Source: Promethearchaeota archaeon (GTDB taxonomy: Archaea > Asgardarchaeota > Lokiarchaeia > Sigyniarchaeales > SOKP01). From it: a stretch of DNA of 52,005 bases. The translations under genes were made by a program, and so were the position numbers. Each line of letters starts with the position of its first letter. The first letter of the stretch is position 1. This document shows positions 47,819-52,005 of the stretch, piece after piece. Location: the NCBI GenBank assembly GCA_048939015.1, contig JBHLPW010000039.1:1-52005 (forward strand). The letters run 5' to 3'. The notes under the pieces were generated by a model. That model saw only the letters and a program-made list of their open reading frames with translations. It did no database searches and was not told where the DNA came from.

Positions 47819-50794
47819 TTAAAAAGTCTGCCTGAAAATATCCATTATAGACTTTTTATAAAAATACTTGATTAAAATAATATAGGTTCCTAAAGCTGAA
47901 ATAGATATTGATAAGATAAATACACGAAGTAAAGTGTCCCAAGGGAGTGTAAAAATAACAGGCATCTCAGTCATCAGCGACATTGTTGATTCGAGTAAAT
48001 AAGCGGTGAATGTACCAATTATTGTTCCCATAATTCCGGCAGCAAGCAATATTGTCAAACTTTCAATTGAAAACATATTTCTAACATTTCTAGCTTTCAT
48101 ACCCATCGAACGAAGGATACCAATTTCAAATTTTCTTTCTAACATAATTGCATACATACTACTTACTAACCCAAAAATGCTTATTATTATTGTGAACATC
48201 AGAATTAACTCCATTAAAAAACTCTGTCTTTCAGTCATCGATTCCATAAATTTTATTTTAGAAATGGCATCATCAATAAGAATATCCTTTTCTTGGTACA
48301 TTACTTGAATATCGTCTTTAGTTTCCTCAATATTTTCTTCTGTTTTATCAACCAAATTTATAAAAATTTTGTCTACAATCATATTACTCTCTCCAGGGTT
48401 TTTAGTTTTCATTAAGCGCATATAATTATCTAATGAAACCATTACACCGCCTCCGTTTGCAGACATCTCATTTGTACGGAAATTATAAAATCCTGGAATT
48501 CCTCCGGAGATTCCTACAACTTTAAAAATCGTTACATTGCCAGGATGATCCTCTATTTTAGGATCATAAAAGGTTATTCGTATGTTTTCTCCAACATCTT
48601 GGATACCCAGTCTACTTGCAATGGATTTAGCTATAATACAAGTATTATTATGATCAAATAATTCATTAAATGAATATGACGTACTACTTCCATCACTCTC
48701 CCATATTAATAAATTCTTATCTATCAAATCAACAAAATCTTCATTAATACCTATAAATCCTGCATCGACTACATCAAAATCCATCATATCTCCAGCTGTG
48801 GTTTGAAATTTAACTTCTTCTTGGGTTGTATAGAATTGAAACATACCCATCATCGCTTCTTCCGATCCTCCTCCTGAGAAACCTACTTGACCTTCACTAA
48901 CATCAAAAATTGCTGATAATGTAGCTTGAATATCAAAAGTATTATGAAGTGAAATTGCTAATTTATCAACTCCGGCTAAATTTCTCAAATCCTCAGCCAT
49001 TTCGAGAGTAAGTGCACTTTCAGAATTATATAATTCTTGATTTACTAAAACTAAATCAGATCCATATTGAAATTTTAAATTTAATGCTGTATTTTCGGAT
49101 TCCATTTCAGTCACACTTGTAATAAAAAATATAAATGAGAAACTAATAGCAAACATGAGAACAGTACTAGTATTTCGTCGTCTATATCGCTTTAATGAAA
49201 GTGCTATTATGTTACTATATTTTCTTATAGTTGGTGTAATTATCCCCAAAAAGATCCTCTGAATTAACGGTATTATCCCGATTGATGCAAATACTAACCC
49301 AATTACTATAGCAGCGAGTAATCCAACAAATAATCCAGTTGTTAGCATATAATCACCAGTAACAAAAATATTTGGCAGTAAAACGAATACTATCATCCCA
49401 ATTGCAGCAATCGAAATTCCAGCAATAAAACTTTTAACATTCATACTTCCTTCTTTTTTAATCTCCCAACCCTCTTCTTTAGTTTGAAAAGGAGTAATGG
49501 ATTTAATTAAGTCAATCCTTGCGGTTTTAATAGCAGGTATTAAAGCTACTGCTAATGACACGCATGTACCTATAGCAAAGGTTAAGATGAGAGTGTCTGG
49601 TTGAATAACCCACTCAACTTCGGAAAACTCAAATTGAAAATGATACATAGGAAATATGGATTGTGCTATTGGCCGCATTAGTGTAAATCCAAGTATCATT
49701 CCGAGAATTGAGCCAAATAATCCTAACATGAAACCTTCAAATAATACCATTTTTACAGGATAGGCTTTTTTACTGCCTACAACTCTGACAATACCGAACT
49801 CTCGCACACGCTCTTCAACGGATGTTGAAAGTATGCTATTTATTAAAATACCGGTTATAAGCATTGAAAGGATAATAATAAACCAAAAAATTATAGTAAC
49901 CATCATTAACATGAACTGACCACTTTCAAGTTCCTCTAATTTGGGTAAATTTACGGAGAATTCGTTAAGTTCCAATCTTTCTTGTATCCTAGTACCAATT
50001 ATTCTTAATCTCCTTGTTGTTAACGTTAAATCACTCGCGTCATATACACTTTTAGGATTTTCAATAGTCCCTACAACATAATTTATTTGATTTTCTCTTT
50101 GTAAAAAATCTTGAGCTTGATCTAAATTAACAAGGATTAGAGATGATTCAAATTGCATAAATTTAAGATCTTGGACACAAATTTCTACGATTGTTAAATT
50201 TAATTGATAAGTTTGGTATTCTAAATGGACAGTATCCCCCCTTGAAACATTAAGGATTTCAGCAGCATTTTGTAAAATGACACATTCGCCAGCATCAGGT
50301 TCATCTTCATATATCTCGTTAGTTTCTTCTCCCTCATCATCAACTATAATTAAATTACCCAAATTTCCATTTTCTGCTTCCTTTAAAAAATCAAGACCAT
50401 ATAATTGCAGGAAGCCACTTGTGTTTATATTTTCTGAGGTTGTCGTCACTAGCATCATAATTCGTGGAAATAATTCATCAACACCTTCAATATCGCTTAA
50501 TTCATTATTAATAATGCTTTCATCATAGAAGGGATTAAATGTTAAATCTGTTTGAATAGCACGAGTGATTAGTATATCATTCTTACCTGTCGTTGAAGTA
50601 ACATACAATAGATAATTATAATTCACTGTATCATTTAACATTCCAATAACAGTCAATAAAAATAATGAAATTGCAATACCACTTATTCCAAATATTGCCT
50701 TAGCCTTATCTCTCTTGAGATCAAGCCAAGATTGCTTTAGAAATTGTAAATTTATCTTCTTCCTTAACTGGTATATTAAATTTCTTATCTCCAT
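47819..50794 (-). CDS. MacB/FtsX-type ABC permease with two repeats
   Basis: ERVREFGIVRVVG and ERKFEIGILRSMG motifs, two large extracytoplasmic loops. Confidence 0.9.
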   Translation of the reverse strand: MEIRNLIYQLRKKINLQFLKQSWLDLKRDKAKAIFGISGIAISLFLLTVIGMLNDTVNYNYLLYVTSTTGKNDILITRAIQTDLTFNPFYDESIINNELSDIEGVDELFPRIMMLVTTTSENINTSGFLQLYGLDFLKEAENGNLGNLIIVDDEGEETNEIYEDEPDAGECVILQNAAEILNVSRGDTVHLEYQTYQLNLTIVEICVQDLKFMQFESSLILVNLDQAQDFLQRENQINYVVGTIENPKSVYDASDLTLTTRRLRIIGTRIQERLELNEFSVNLPKLEELESGQFMLMMVTIIFWFIIILSMLITGILINSILSTSVEERVREFGIVRVVGSKKAYPVKMVLFEGFMLGLFGSILGMILGFTLMRPIAQSIFPMYHFQFEFSEVEWVIQPDTLILTFAIGTCVSLAVALIPAIKTARIDLIKSITPFQTKEEGWEIKKEGSMNVKSFIAGISIAAIGMIVFVLLPNIFVTGDYMLTTGLFVGLLAAIVIGLVFASIGIIPLIQRIFLGIITPTIRKYSNIIALSLKRYRRRNTSTVLMFAISFSFIFFITSVTEMESENTALNLKFQYGSDLVLVNQELYNSESALTLEMAEDLRNLAGVDKLAISLHNTFDIQATLSAIFDVSEGQVGFSGGGSEEAMMGMFQFYTTQEEVKFQTTAGDMMDFDVVDAGFIGINEDFVDLIDKNLLIWESDGSSTSYSFNELFDHNNTCIIAKSIASRLGIQDVGENIRITFYDPKIEDHPGNVTIFKVVGISGGIPGFYNFRTNEMSANGGGVMVSLDNYMRLMKTKNPGESNMIVDKIFINLVDKTEENIEETKDDIQVMYQEKDILIDDAISKIKFMESMTERQSFLMELILMFTIIISIFGLVSSMYAIMLERKFEIGILRSMGMKARNVRNMFSIESLTILLAAGIMGTIIGTFTAYLLESTMSLMTEMPVIFTLPWDTLLRVFILSISISALGTYIILIKYFYKKSIMDIFRQTF

Positions 50795-50824
50795 ATTTTT
50801 CGATTTTAAATCTTAATATTTGTA

Positions 50825-52005
50825 TTAAATATCTAAAATACTGAATTTTTTCTTCTTACTTTTAAACTTTTTCAAAACTTTACCCTCTTTGGCTAAAATT
50901 TCTTGAACTGTTGCTTTTTCTTGCCTAATTAGCCTTACTCCTTCACAAGTCTTATTTTTACAATAATAATTATTCCTAGGTTCATCTTTGAAATACCATT
51001 TTTTACAATTTTCACATAAGTAAGCAGCATATATTTGATCATGCCCACAAGTTGGGCACATAATATCAAATTTGGCTGAGGAAAACCAAGATCTACATGA
51101 TTTACAATATAAAGTCAAAGGCCTAGTTAATTCCTCCTCCAATTCAATCACTTCTATCCTTTTAATTACTTGATCTTTATCAATATCTTTCATTCTGATT
51201 TTTTCAGCACGATTATCTTTTATTCTACTAATCCATATTCTACCTTTCCTTTCTGAGATAATATAAATAGCAATCCCAATTATAATTGCAGACATAAAAA
51301 TAATTATGTATGGACCCCATGTGCTCCACCATTTCATATTATTTACTCTAACAATAACAAAATCTTCGCCCATATTTCCTTCCTCGTCATAAGCTACCAC
51401 TTTAACTTCATATCTTCCATCACTATATTTAGTTGTATCCCAACTAAACTCTAAAACATGTGTAGTGCTATTAAATATGAGTTTGCTTCTATCAATACTC
51501 TTTCCATTGAGATAAATATAAATTTTTGACTCATCTAACTCAATATTATCAGAAATATTTGCTTGTATCATAATCAATGATTTAAGAGTAATATCAGGTT
51601 CTGGGTTTATAATTTCAATTTCAGGCGCAATAAAATCTGTAGATTTATCATATCCTACATAGATATTGGATAATAACCATCCATATCCCAATCCAATCAC
51701 ATTATCATTTGAATGCAAAGTAAACATTATCATTATCACATCATCAGAGTATTGAGAGATATCAATTTTTCGATTTCCAGATAATTCTTCACTCTCAAAT
51801 GTAAACTCCTCGATAATATTCCAAGTGTCTCCAAAATCTTTAGATATTGAAATAATACACTTATCTATTTGGTCTTCAGGTATATAATATTCATTTTGTA
51901 AAGAAATTTCAAAATCGAATTCAAGATAATTTTTGTACTCACTGCCTAAATGTAGTGGAAAAGTGATTAAATTACTATCCCAGTTAATACCATATCCTTG
52001 TTCAC
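50825..52005 (-). CDS. single-pass membrane protein: extracellular beta/Ig-like domains, TM, cytoplasmic double Zn ribbon (5' truncated)
   Basis: Frame is open from 51739 to the window end; Ig-like WDTTKYSDGRYEVKVVAYDEEGN; CKSC, CPTC, CENC, CKNKTC after the TM. Confidence 0.8.
   Translation of the reverse strand, partial: EQGYGINWDSNLITFPLHLGSEYKNYLEFDFEISLQNEYYIPEDQIDKCIISISKDFGDTWNIIEEFTFESEELSGNRKIDISQYSDDVIMIMFTLHSNDNVIGLGYGWLLSNIYVGYDKSTDFIAPEIEIINPEPDITLKSLIMIQANISDNIELDESKIYIYLNGKSIDRSKLIFNSTTHVLEFSWDTTKYSDGRYEVKVVAYDEEGNMGEDFVIVRVNNMKWWSTWGPYIIIFMSAIIIGIAIYIISERKGRIWISRIKDNRAEKIRMKDIDKDQVIKRIEVIELEEELTRPLTLYCKSCRSWFSSAKFDIMCPTCGHDQIYAAYLCENCKKWYFKDEPRNNYYCKNKTCEGVRLIRQEKATVQEILAKEGKVLKKFKSKKKKFSILDI

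Overview
AT-rich archaeal chromosomal window, most consistent with an Asgard archaeon (Lokiarchaeia-like). This assignment is inferred from an ESCRT-II/III/Vps4 locus, a Rab-like GTPase, several longin/roadblock proteins, and the genes for eS1/uS15, Nop2 and Nip7. Housekeeping and metabolic content includes pgk, larB/larC/nikR, a GH2 glycosidase with a GHMP kinase, rubrerythrin, a radical SAM enzyme, a sirtuin, an AidB-like acyl-CoA dehydrogenase, a HAM1 pyrophosphatase, a sugar ABC importer and a MacB/FtsX-type permease. Two tRNAs are present: Gly-GCC, and Val-GAC with a 16-nt D-loop intron. There is also a short alpha3-type histone. The best candidate for an undescribed system is a two-gene module present twice, about 43 kb apart: a multi-winged-helix protein followed by a 7-TM membrane protein fused to a cytoplasmic longin-like domain, possibly a kinase-free transmembrane signalling pair. 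The second candidate is a 1071-aa membrane-anchored surface protein with two long Ser/Thr-rich amphipathic beta-hairpin segments reminiscent of pore-forming proteins. No CRISPR array, rRNA or transposase was seen. All family calls come from motif recognition by eye; no searches were run.
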